From Octopus bimaculoides (lineage: Eukaryota), in contig NC_068990.1 in the NCBI RefSeq assembly GCF_001194135.2, positions 75,908,008-75,972,007 of the forward strand: a stretch of DNA of 64,000 nt, in the 5' to 3' direction. The notes under the pieces are model-generated. The model worked only from the letters and a program-made list of their open reading frames with translations, was not told the DNA's origin and did not search any database. This document shows positions 52,139 through 64,000 of this stretch, in pieces. A program made the position numbers and the translations under genes. The first letter of the stretch is position 1. Each line of letters starts with the position of its first letter.

Positions 52139-53515
52139 GTATGTATGTATGGATATAAAATAAATATGTGTGTGTATGTATGTATAAGCAAACGTGTATA
52201 AAATGAAATAATGCATAAATAGCTTTCTCCAATACATACAGTACTTCCTAGCATACATTTGATGTAGTATATAGTATAAACATGTGGTGTATACATTCAA
52301 AAACTGTCACTATCTTTCCAAATCCTGCTGCATTCTAAATGGGATTTTTGGTCCTCCATAGTGTTCTTGGTGGATATGTCAACCTAAAGTTCTTGGGTGC
52401 TAAATTTTTTTACATGAAATATTCCACTTCTTTTTGGCGGAAATACGGCAATGAAGGAAATTGTATTTATTACAGGCCCAAAAATAATCATTTCTACTAC
52501 TATAGGCACCAAAAAATAATGCAACAAGAAGTGTAAACTAGAGTATTGCTAAAAGCCAAAGTATTGCTACTTACGGAGTATCAGATTGTACTGAATGTAT
52601 TAAATACATAGTGATAAATGTAGTGATATCACGAACTGAAACACCAGCCCTATATACATATTCACGCACACACACACAGACATGTATGTATGTATGTATG
52701 TTATCAATCAGTTTCATTTCTGTATTTCTTGTCCATAGAGAAAGAGCCGGACTCTAACATAGATTCAAAGCTCCTTCATTGGAACTTTTATCAACATCAT
52801 ATAGGTATTTGTGCATATGTGTGTGTGTGTGTGCAGTATTTGGTGTTAGTGTATGCCTAGATTTGTATGTTTGTTTTATGGATGCGTTTTTATGTATATA
52901 TTTTCATGTCTAGGCGTATGCATATGTATTTATGCGCAGATTTGTATGTTTGTTTTATGGATGCGTTTTTATGTATATATTTTCATGTATGTATGTATGT
53001 ATGCATGCGTGTATACCCACATATATATGACATGTAAGTTATACTTTCGTCTTATAAACATACAAGGTTTTGTCACGCTCTCTAATATATTGAGTGTGTT
53101 TACACCACGAGAGTATTTTGTCGTCTCGTTAGGCCTTAATCGGAAATATACTACTTTAATATTTTTGAAAATGTATTAGTATTTCATAGTTATTTACGGC
53201 TTGTACAAACTAGGACTCGACTGATTTGGTAGCACTGATTTGCATAATTGTGCATACGCTGAAGAGGTTGAAATTTAATGTCTATTAAAAAAGATTTAAC
53301 TTACATTTCAAATTATTCAATAACGCTACACAGACCATTATGAATTAATGTATTAATTCATCCATGATATTAGTAGATACACTACTATGCGAATAGGAGT
53401 GAGGCTAGTTTCTTAATACATTATACATAACTATAGGTTACTCATCGATCTGTGGAGAGAAGACAAGTATTCTCTGCCTGATGAAGGCCAAATTCATACG
53501 CACACAAACACATAC

Positions 53516-53556
<41 letters not shown>

Positions 53557-53684
53557 AACACCCATACACACACCCATACACATATGCATATATGGTCATA
53601 TAATAATCTACATTATTGAGAAAACTTTCAACATCTGACACACCCATATACACACTCACTCACACACACACACACACACACTCA

Positions 53685-53776
<92 letters not shown>

Positions 53777-54375
53777 TGTACGTATGTATGTATGTATGTA
53801 CATATATATGTATATAAGTATGTATGTATTTACGTATGTACGTATGTATGTATGTATGTATGTATATCTACATACATTGCTGTCCGCAAGAGCAATTCGA
53901 ATAGAATGCTTTGGGATATCCTTTGCGACTCTCTGTACTCTGCGTTCAAATAACTGTAGTCAATATAGCTTCCATTCTATGGGAGTGACCCTTTACCTTT
54001 CCCCATTCGCTCCTACAGATAATAAAAGTAGCTGCATGGAGCCATGTTTGACCTTGAAAGTATTCACCCTTTTCGAGGTGAATAATGAAAACTTAGTGGG
54101 GTGAATTAATCCAGGCCCCAGAATCCTAAAATTCGATAGTAGATTTCAGTTCCTTTTTGACGCTGGTTAAATTCAAAAAGATAGAAAGTATCCATTGTTT
54201 CATGCAGTTTTCTAATGACCAAATGACACATCACGATGTGTGGAAACGCAAGGATTGTATTACTCGTTTTTGCATTACCTAACTAGAGTATTTGCCTCGT
54301 GTATACAGCGAGTCAAATTTCTTATCTGTGCATTAACCATAACAATTTTTTTTAATTCTTAAACCTTTCAATAGC

Positions 54376-54810
54376 CAGAGGTGTGATTGTGTGGCAAGAA
54401 GCTCGCTTTCCAACCACTTGGTTGCGGATTTAGTCCCAATGCGCAACACTTTGGCGAAGTGTCTTCTACTATAGCCCCGGGCCAACCAAAGATTTGTGAG
54501 TGTATTTGGTAGACAGAAACCGAAAGAAGCCCATTGTGTATGTGTGTTTGTGTATACGTGTGATTGTGCGTGCGTGTGTGAGCGAGTGTGTGTGTGTGTG
54601 TGTTTGTCCCCCACCACTGCTTGACAACCAGTGTTGTTATGTTTACCTCCCCGTAACTTAGCGGTTCAGCAAAAGAGACCGATAGAATAAGTAGCAGGTT
54701 TAACAAAATATAAGTAGTGGGGGGGGGGCTTATTCATTCCGCTAAAAACTCTTCAGGGCGGTGCTCCAGCATGGCCGCAGTTTAATGACTGCAACAAGTA
54801 AAAGATGAAA
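54376..54810 (+). mobile_element. SINE family A, full length
   Basis: Same blocks, including GTAACTTAGCGGTTCAGCAAAAGAGACCGATAGAATAAGTA and GGCGGTGCTCCAGCATGGCCGCAG. Confidence 0.85.
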
Positions 54811-56031
54811 CATTATGTAGAACATGCCTTCTTTTGCATCATTGATGTATGGAATGCTGGGTTTGTTATGATTTTCGGATCTGTTGGTGCAGTTTATCCT
54901 TTCTCCAGACATGAGTGTTTAAGCAGGTCATATGTACTCTTAAAGGTGTGGTATGTAAGTCCCACATAATTATATTATAAATGAATTCATTTATCACCGA
55001 TTTAAGAAGTGGGTGATTAAAGGTGGGTCCTTTATGTGTGTTGAAAAGATTACAACATTAGATAACATCGCCAGGACATTACTTGTGCAATGCCTCAAAG
55101 ATGTATTTCGTTGCTATTTACAGAAACAAAAGCCTAAGAAACGAATAATTATAGCAAAGCATTCAAAACAACTGTAAAGTGAAGATATATTACATGTAAT
55201 CAAGCAAGAGTAGAAAAAGAGGAAAGTATATGGCAAAATCCACCAAATAGTTTAAACGTCAATTCTAAAATTGCCACCATGTATAATAAGTTCCAAAAGA
55301 TTTTTATCAAAATTATACTAAGCTTAGCTATAGTTGCACCGATAACCTTGAGGCAAGATAGTATAGAAATACTGACACACTCAAACACAAAGTCTGTCAC
55401 CTCATCGCAATTGTTATAATATTAATATTTGCCAAAAAAGCGTTAAATTCGTTCTAAAAATATCTATTATACTAACAGACATGCAAAACATTATATAAGT
55501 TTAACCAGAAATGCCTCCAAAGAAACAAACAATCAGCACAGACATGCTTTCTGACATGACAAAAGAAGAAGTATAAACACTTGAGGTAAATGTATAATCC
55601 CTTGATCTAAATATGCTTAGACTTTGAAAACACAAAGTTATTAACAATTTCGAATTTAACTGCTCTGTCATCGAAACAGTACCCTTAAAGATAAAAGAGG
55701 TTAAAAGCATTCTGTATGTGTGAGTATATATTTGTTTATCTATCTATCTCACTCTCTCCCTGTATATTGTAGAAAAAGCATTGAGTACTCCTTCAGCTTA
55801 GTGCAAATTATTTTTATAACATAACATAAATATAAAGATAACCTCGTAAAGGATAGATTAGATATATATATATATGTATTCGCTCTAAGATCCTCCAGTA
55901 CTGCTAGCACAACGGGCAACGAACTAACTCCAAGCATCCTGGTTGCTTGAACCCACTTGGGCCAAGCTTCATCGCTATCATGCCGCCGCGGAACGTACTG
56001 CGGCATGTCTTCCTTAGTTTCCTGTCTTTTC

Positions 56032-56103
<72 letters not shown>

Positions 56104-56506
56104 ACGCAGGTTTTCGAAATATTAGTTTCGAGAAATTGGTTTCTTTTACCTACACAAAAAAAAAAAAAAATACAGCTTGAAGAACATTTACGCTTTACAA
56201 TCGGATAAATGACAGAACATTGAATGCATTTTTCACATGTCATTTGTTTTAATGCTTGGATTAAACACCGTGAATTTTCTTCATCGACTATCACATACCA
56301 TTTTACTGGCCACCGTTAGTTGTCCTTAACTTACAACCACTCAACGGTTATGAATTCAAAAAAGAAATATGTACAGTTCGCTTAATTGAGTATCTATTTC
56401 ATGTTATGTTATATTTTATTTGATCGTTTGCTTTACGGTACATCATACTATCCTCCTTTCCCCTTTGGGTTTCCCTTCTTCCTTCAAACAACATTAAACA
56501 TTAAAT

Positions 56507-56559
<53 letters not shown>

Positions 56560-57186
56560 CTTTATATCGGTCCCTTTTATTCTTATTATCATAACATATA
56601 TCTTTCCCCTCCCACGAACTCCAAGTAGTCTTTTACTGTATCTACTGCTCTCGACCACCCCTTGCATTATCTCCCTGCTTCTCTTTAATAATGGGCTTTT
56701 CTCCTCCCTCATACCGCATCACTCTTTCTATCTACCAGCTTTCCCTGATCTCCCCTCAAAAACATTTTATTATGTAACTTTCTGCCCTCCTCCTAACCCA
56801 TTTCTTGCCCCATTCTTGTCCTTCCCCTATTTCTCAGATCTCAAACAACTATACATAATGGACGCATGTTAACCTTCATTCGTACCCTTTTCTACCCCAC
56901 CTTTTTTATTTCATTTATTTTTATTCGGTTATTTGCTTTCGCTGTTTTTCTTTCGCTTGTTTTTTATACTTAATTTCGTTTCTTTTCATATGTTTTGTTG
57001 CGTTCTTTTCTCATTTGCCCTCCCTTCTCTATAAATATGATTAATAATGCTTTCGTCATTTTTACTGTTTCATTATTTTCCTTACATTGTATCACAAAAC
57101 TTGATATTATATTTCTCATTTCAGCTCAGTTTATGTTTTTTTCTTTCTTTCTTTCTTTCTTTCTGTATTTAATTCCCTCTCTCTCG

Positions 57187-57266
<80 letters not shown>

Positions 57267-57279
57267 ATCTATCTATCTA

Positions 57280-57319
<40 letters not shown>

Positions 57320-57854
57320 AATATCTTATAAATTTATTAGAGAGATAGATAGATAAATATGCATATATAATTCATTATACATTTTTTAATACCTATATTT
57401 AAAAAATACATTTTTATGTATTCCACCCCAAACGTTGATAGGTGTGTTTGTGTTTGTTATTGTACTTTGTGTGACCACTGCGTGCGCTTCCTATCTACCA
57501 CCAAGCAGATGTATGATGTCTTCAAGCTTATGTTAAATAGCTCGCAAGGAGCGGCGGATTGGAAGCAGTGGTGCCTAATAGTGATGATGTACCAGTCCGC
57601 CTCAACCGATTTACAGGCCGTAAATTTGCAATATACTGTGGCACCCTTTTAGATAGACATGCTAAACACCATTCTTCGGAACTGCATTGAATTTTGTGTT
57701 CAGCCTACTGTCTCTTCTGTATATTCTGGAGAATGCGCTATTGCTTTCATAATCGGCATTCTTCTCAAACAGAGAGACAGAGAAACCGCATCCTCATACG
57801 CAGCCAATATCACCTTCGTGGTGTCATAAAGTCGGATACATAAGAAGGCAAGAA

Positions 57855-58556
57855 GGATCTTTTTGGTTTGACGGGCAACATTTTTCATTTATGTTTTATG
57901 TAGTGTTTTTGGTACCGAAACACTTTCAAACTTCGTATACTTGTATATTTTGTATTATAGAACAGATAAAAAAAATTTGTATTCGAAGTTATTTCATGTA
58001 AAAAGTTGTCGTATTTCGGTAATTTCAACCAATCACTGACGTCTATTGAGGTGAAAACAATTACTGCCGTGGAATGTAAACAACGGTGTCATGGGATCTT
58101 TTCCCTTGAATAAAATTAGTACCGTTGTTTGTCAACAACAACTATCGGCGGTACTGTTATTTATAACATCGTTCGTGCGTTTGTACTGGTTTTAGCTTTA
58201 GGGTGTTAGGATTAGGGTTCCGGACCCTAACCCAAACGCACGAACGATGTTATAAATAACTACCGCCGATAGTTGTTGTTGACAAACAACGGTACTAATT
58301 TTATTCAAGGGAAAAGATCCCATGACACCGTTGTTTACATTCCACGGCAGTAATTTTTTTCACCTCAATAGACGTCAGTGATTGGTTGAAATTACACAAA
58401 TACGACAACTTTAACATGAAATAACTTATTAAGAACTATTTTTTGTTAAGAAGGCTAAGAGAAAAAGATGTTTTATATGACACATTCTACCAGTATCCCA
58501 AGTTTGAAAGCGTTTCCATAAAAAAACAAGTGTTGCCCGTCAAACCAAAAAGATCC
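57855..58556. mobile_element. 702-bp palindromic (foldback) element with telomere-like centre
   Basis: Perfect 26-bp TIR GGATCTTTTTGGTTTGACGGGCAACA (57855-57880 and 58531-58556). Inner arms 57986-58183 and 58233-58427 are near-identical inverted copies. Confidence 0.88.
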
Positions 58557-59079
58557 GGCGAGAATACCCATTAAATATGATCAATATGTGGGATGATAAC
58601 AGCTTCCATGAAGAGATATCATGCAGAGACAAGTTCATGTCGGTAAGAGGTTTATGTCGCTGGACCGAAGGCCTAGCTAAGATGCTCGGAATCTGTTCCG
58701 GTTTGGAAATCTGTTCAGGAAGAGAGTGCCATTAAAGCGACTAGTCTCACATTGATTTGGTAATGTACCACTGCCTCCCTGTCGTTCATTGTGCTAAAGA
58801 AAAACATTTGATCAAATTTGGAAAGAGCCGACCATCTACGATCTCCTGAAGACCGATCTATAACAACCTTCGTCCGTCTCATTCCATACGTAATACTTCA
58901 TAGTACAATATTTGATTCATAGGATCGTATTGTACTTAGAATCGTAAGGGATAGACTAAAAATTATTTTTATAACTTATTTGGAAAGATGTCATTTATCG
59001 AAAATCTGAGTCACTTGATATCATAATCCTTTGTAAACGAGTTATTTAGACACTATCAGATTTCGATACATTCGTTTCA

Positions 59080-59470
59080 AAATTTAACACAACGCCAGCA
59101 GATTCAAGGGAGGGATTAAGCCGATTACATCGAGTCCAGTGCTCAACTGGTACTTATTTTATCGACCTGGAAAGGATGAAAGATAAAGTAGACCTTGACG
59201 GATTTTGAACTCAGAATGTAAAGAAGGATGAAATGCCGCTAAGCATTTTGTCCTCGCCGCCTTTGGTAACGAAACCTGATTGTTGGAATAATCAAAAACA
59301 GTTAGTATAGATTTTTCATCCGTCTTTACGCTACGAATTCAAATTCTGCTAAGGTTGACTTTGCCTTTCATCTTCACGGGATCAATAAAATCATGTACGA
59401 GCTAAGCACTGGGATTGGTGTAATCGACTTACCTCTTCCTCGAATTTGCTTGCTGTGTACTAACATTTGA
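59080..59470. mobile_element. Two diverged SINE family B copies, head-to-head (59080-59262 minus; 59312-59470 plus)
   Basis: Both carry TTCAAA-TC-G---AGGT--ACTTT--CTTTCATC-TT---GG--A-TAAAAT cores, in opposite orientation. Confidence 0.7.
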
Positions 59471-60879
59471 AAGTAATATGGATTGAAATTTTAGATCATG
59501 TTAGAAATTGTTGAAGTATCTTCTTTTAGAATATTATCAAAGGAGCGTAATTCTTTAAATCAGACAAGTGTACCCGCACATCTTTAAAGTTAACTGTAAA
59601 GAGAGATGCATGAGTATTGATAGTGATGGGAAGAAGCAAGAGTATAAACCATGAAATCTTAGGAAAATTTGGTACTTCAAAGATATTGAAACAATTTTGA
59701 CTGTATCCTTCTGATGATAGGCCTTTGTGCCTGAAATATCTTTAAAACTTTTTTGCATTTTCAGAAGCTTTCCTCATTTCTCATTTCACCTATTAAAAAA
59801 TATCATTCATTTAAAAAACTGTTTACGCTCTTATAAAATGTAAGGGTTTCTTCTGGGAATATAAGTAGTTATAAATTTCACAGAATGGAGATGATATGGT
59901 AAAGGATAGTAAAACATTGTCAGATTTGGAAATAAAATGTATAGAGTTACATTCATATAGTGTGGCAGAAAAGGATATAAGGCAAATAGGTACCTTTGAT
60001 TTATGACTACTAAATATTAATGAAGTAAAGGGTTTAGGCTTAAAATCTCTCTAAAGTATTCGAAGCTCGCAAGGAATAATTTTTAGAAATGGTCTTGCAC
60101 CATACAAACAGCTAGAGAAGCCGAAAGATGATGATGATGATAATAATAATAATAATAATGATAATAATAATGATAATAATAATAATAATAGTAAACTATA
60201 AAACGTGTCAATGATAATACTGAACGGAATTAGTGATTTGCAGTAGCGTAAAGTAGAAGTGTATCATAAATTTTGTTTGAAAAGACCAGTATTTTAGAAC
60301 GGAAGAGATAAATTCGTAGTTACTTTGTACAACAATGAAGATTTAAATCCTAGAGGCGATAACTACGTTGATTCGGGTCGGGGTCGGCGAGGAGGTGCAA
60401 TTCATGATTGAATGTGGTGTCTATAAAATTACCTCGAAATTTAACTTTAAAACTAAAACAGTAAGAGATTTTATGTAATTATACATTAAGTAGTTGATAG
60501 ATATTTTCATGTAGATATAAAAGTGTTAGAAAGAAAATATATATAAAAAAAAAATAAGGTAATTTAATGGTCGTTAACGCAACTGGTAATTAAATTGGAA
60601 TTAAATATAGTTTACACTGGTGGTAGAGGTGACTGTAAGCTCAAATGATGTTACCCAGAGATTACAATACACATCTAATTATTTATGTAATATTGAGAAT
60701 GATATAAATCTGGAAAGATTACTGATAAGATTAATGTTAAATCTAACCATGCTATGCAAAGAAAACAAGTAAAAATATATATATCCAAAAAAAATAAAAC
60801 AAATATAAAATAATAATATGAAGAAGTGATACAATCAATATAAGATATCACGAAAGATGTTATGTGATCGTTGGGTGAA

Positions 60880-61190
60880 GGCGGGTGGCTTAGTGATTTG
60901 AGGTATTTGGCTCATAATCGTAAAGTCGTGAGTTCGATACTCGGCGGCGCGTTGAGTCTCTTGTGTAAGACACTTTATTTCATGTTACTTCAGTCCACTC
61001 AGCTGGCAAAAATGAGTAGTACCTGTAATTCAAACGGCTAACCTTCTCACATTTTGTGTCATGCTGATCTCACTGAGAACTACGTAAAGGAGGAGTGCAG
61101 CCACTTGTACGTTAATTTCAAGAGCAGGTTGTTCTGTTGATTGGATCAACTGGAACTTTTATCATCGAAAACGACAGAGTACCAGTAATA
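60880..61190 (+). mobile_element. SINE family C-related copy
   Basis: tRNA-like head GTGGCTTAGTG...GTGAGTTCGATACTCGGCG, then TAAGACACTTTATTTCA...CCAGTCCACTCAGCTGGCAAAAATGAGTA and the shared tail. Confidence 0.8.
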
Positions 61191-61270
61191 CACCAAACCG
61201 AAGTCTACTTAATTCATGAACATTAGAATCCACAAGTTACCTTAAGATTCTAACACTATTTTATTTATTG

Positions 61271-61425
61271 GAACGGTAGGTCTCGAAGCACATAGAACTA
61301 TAAATAATAGCGTCTAAATATTGGATTTAAAAACACCACTTTGGATAGGAAAGTCGAAGGCTGCCTTTACTCGGCATTTACACGCTATTATTTATAGCTT
61401 TATCTGCTTCGAGATCCTCCGTTTC
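61271..61425. mobile_element. Short foldback element
   Basis: ~49-bp inverted arms at 61271-61319 and 61376-61425 (TCTCGAAGCA..TA..CTATAAATAATAGCGT.TAAAT core) around a 56-nt loop. Confidence 0.65.
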
Positions 61426-61814
61426 AAAGAAGGATTATTTCACATTCCCTCGAAGTTTATAAATTCCTATGACGTCACCAAATATTTCTTTAGTTGCTAA
61501 CTTTCAATGCAAACTATTTCTTTGCGTCGGGGGCTACCCCTTATAAGAACATAGCAGAATCCCTAGAAAATTATGCAGGACTATCTTTCCCTTTTTATGG
61601 CGACAGAGTATAATTTGACAGGATATTTGCCTTGACAATAATAATGTTCAAACGTTAAGGAGTATGTATATTTTCTAACTCATTTCTACCAAGGAAAATA
61701 CGCCACCCAGATTCACAGCCACTCACATAGCCACACAATCACACATACACGCAGTCACACATACACACAGTCATACATACATACACATGCGCGTGTCAGA
61801 GAGAGGGAGTCTAT

Positions 61815-62005
61815 ACCTACTCGTTCGTTCTGCTAGAAATGGCAGCCAAATATCATAGAAGTACATCCCACCATCTTAAAAAGAAGAGGAGGACATTCTG
61901 GGTAATATAGACATAGCTATGACGGATGGGATAATCAGTGGGGGAATGCTTTTGATCATTGATCTGCTACATCAAGATTGATCTGAAGCTAATCAACAGA
62001 AAACA
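61815..62005 (+). repeat. Diverged interspersed repeat (CTGCTAGAAAT-GCAGC family)
   Basis: Similar sequence is present in reverse orientation at ~33255-33470, with fragments at ~33610-33660 and ~39170-39200. Confidence 0.5.
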
Positions 62006-62226
62006 AAACACACACACACAGCGTCACACATCGCTCTTGTGCGCATAGACGATTTAATGAAAGTGTGTGTGTTACGTGTGTGTGTGTGTGTCGGTCTGTT
62101 TATCTGTCTGTCTGTGTGCGCGTGCGTATGTGTGTGTGTGTTCATGAAAAAGGAGATGAATATCAAATCGTCAATACATGTTGCTTAAGCGTACTTTGGG
62201 TTTCCCAACAAAACTTTCGTTACCAT

Positions 62227-62331
62227 GACAGTCTCGCCGATGACAGTCTCGCCGATAACAGTCTCGCCGGGGGCAGTCTCGCCGATGACAGTCTCGCCGA
62301 TAACAGTCTCGCCGGGGGCAGTCTCGCCGAG
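62227..62331. repeat. 15-bp minisatellite, 7 units, with a 45-bp higher-order repeat
   Basis: Units follow (G/A)(A/G)CAGTCTCGCCG(AT/GG) in the order A,A,B,C,A,B,C'. Confidence 0.9.
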
Positions 62332-64000
62332 GTGGGATCATCCAGAGTTCAAACATCAAAAGTGTGACGAAGATGAAGGGCAGTTCACAACCTCGCATCT
62401 AACGCTTTACNNNNNNNNNNNNNNNNNNNNNNNNNNNNNNNNNNNNNNNNNNNNNNNNNNNNNNNNNNNNNNNNNNNNNNNNNNNNNNNNNNNNNNNNNN
62501 NNNNNNNNNNNNNNNNNNNNNNNNNNNNNNNNNNNNNNNNNNNNNNNNNNNNNNNNNNNNNNNNNNNNNNNNNNNNNNNNNNNNNNNNNNNNNNNNNNNN
62601 NNNNNNNNNNNNNNNNNNNNNNNNNNNNNNNNNNNNNNNNNNNNNNNNNNNNNNNNNNNNNNNNNNNNNNNNNNNNNNNNNNNNNNNNNNNTCTTTGACA
62701 TACACGAACAAAAATTTACAAGCTCACTCTCGGATAAACAGTTGTGTCTCAGGCAATTTGTATATAACGTAAAAATTGAATATTCAATTCAGAACGAAGA
62801 TATTTCAATTTTGCTAGGTTCATTAAATCTTAACAGATTTATTCTGAGTACTTTGTTAATAATATAAGTAAATGTTTATGGTTTCTATGCAGAGACCACT
62901 AAATAATCGAACGTCTCACAATATGAAAATGTATTACCGGACTAAACATTTATCATTAGAATCGAATAGAACTTGTTGAATTTTTTCCAACTACCCGAAG
63001 TAGTTTAAATTTTCACCATATTATATCTTTTAATGAAATTTTAATGTAGTTTTTCATGCTGATGGCGGACATCGCTTTCGGTTTCTTTTTGCTTTTTTTG
63101 TTCGTCTTTTTTGTTTTGTTTTTGTTTTTGTTTTTTGTTTTTTTTTGTTTGTTTGTTTGTTTGTTTGTTTTTTTGTTGTTTTTTTTGTAGAAATTAGTAA
63201 CACAAAAATTACAAGCATATAAAGCTATGCAATTTTAATAATCGAAAACCTCCATTGCCGATGTGGTCATTGTGACCAACATACACAACGAAGACGATGC
63301 CATTTCGCAGTCTCTCGATCTGCTAGAATTAACAGTCAAACCTTCGTAAATCAGAGCATCAATTCATCGTTATATCGTTCGAGCATCTTGTTAAATTTCT
63401 TCCAATCACTGGAAATATTCCACATTTTCACTGGATTATATTAAAAAAATATTGTTATGATGTAGTTTTGCATACTGATGACGAAAATCGCATTGTGATT
63501 CTGAGAAAATACAGCGGCACAATATCTACATATTACATGATATCGAATAACCAACTGTGACGTCGGGAATTTGAAGATAATGTTCTGTGCCTCTCGATCA
63601 CGCTTCCATATGCAGCAACCTTGGCCTCTAACAGGGCTGCAAAATTGCTCTTGTCAAAAAGCATCAACCTTTGACTATCGCTCATCCCTTCAACTTTTTC
63701 TACCTGCCCCGATCCAACAGCTTGTTACAATTCCTACGGTTGAGAAACGCTTGGTGCTTGGTACACCCCTTCCCTTGAAATTAACTGCACCTAATTTCAA
63801 GTAATTTTAAGCGATGCGCCTATAATTAGATGATTAAATAGACTAGAAAATTGATACAAACGAGCCATTTTTCACGGTTCTCTCAAAGCTATCCTCATTT
63901 CTCTCATTAGTACGCTTTTTTTCGCCATACTTCTTTCGTTTATGTAAGTCTACAGCGAAATGCATAGGCTCTGAAATCTAGAAACTGTCAGTTATTTTGC

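Larger units (their letters stand above)
3093..62691. other. 14 assembly gaps
   Basis: N runs at 3093-3937, 7884-8069, 11605-12454, 24524-25129, 27201-27698, 28367-28946, 34156-34946, 36083-36875, 37777-38107, 42363-42802, 43818-44145, 46728-47648, 51966-52059 and 62411-62691. Most are bordered by (TA)n or SINEs. Confidence 0.99.

Noticed and set aside
54911-55710. Candidate small exons and hydrophobic ORFs (HECLSRSYVLLKV; 55200..55400; MPPKKQT...)
   Set aside because: They are short, mutually inconsistent in phase or interrupted by stops, and have no recognisable homology.
939-57348. The many ORFs rich in YI, CV, HT, L, I, E, R, S or X
   Set aside because: They are translations of di-, tri- and tetranucleotide repeats or N-gaps, which lack stop codons.
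60375-60430. GC-box-like run followed by TATAAAA
   Set aside because: No supported downstream gene, and such motifs arise by chance in AT-rich DNA.
60640-60730. Possible C/D snoRNA (ATGATG...CTGA)
   Set aside because: The C box is incomplete, with no terminal stem or recognisable guide.
62227-62331. CRISPR-like array
   Set aside because: The units are contiguous with no unique spacers, the context is eukaryotic, and there are no cas genes.

Overview
This is a eukaryotic, AT-rich, microsatellite-dense draft scaffold with 14 N-gaps. The SINE families, R4/Dong- and RTE-type LINE remnants and mariner remnants look like those of a coleoid cephalopod (probably Octopus); that assignment is an inference from recognition, not a database result. 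Almost every ORF in the supplied track is a translation of microsatellites or N-gaps. The one convincing host coding sequence is a minus-strand RNF115/RNF126-like RING-H2 E3 ligase frame (22046-21411). It is uninterrupted for about 211 codons and lacks the N-terminal zinc finger in frame. The rest is transposon debris: several tRNA-headed SINE families, degenerate LINEs, three Tc1/mariner fossils, a hAT MITE and several foldback elements. The most interesting structures are a 702-bp palindrome with head-to-head TTAGGG/CCCTAA at its centre, a (TA)n-anchored ~200-bp element in three copies with hammerhead-core-like motifs, a stack of Dong-like LINE pieces separated by (TAA)n, and a pre-miRNA-sized hairpin just upstream of the RING gene. 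I found no clear evidence of a new multi-gene system.
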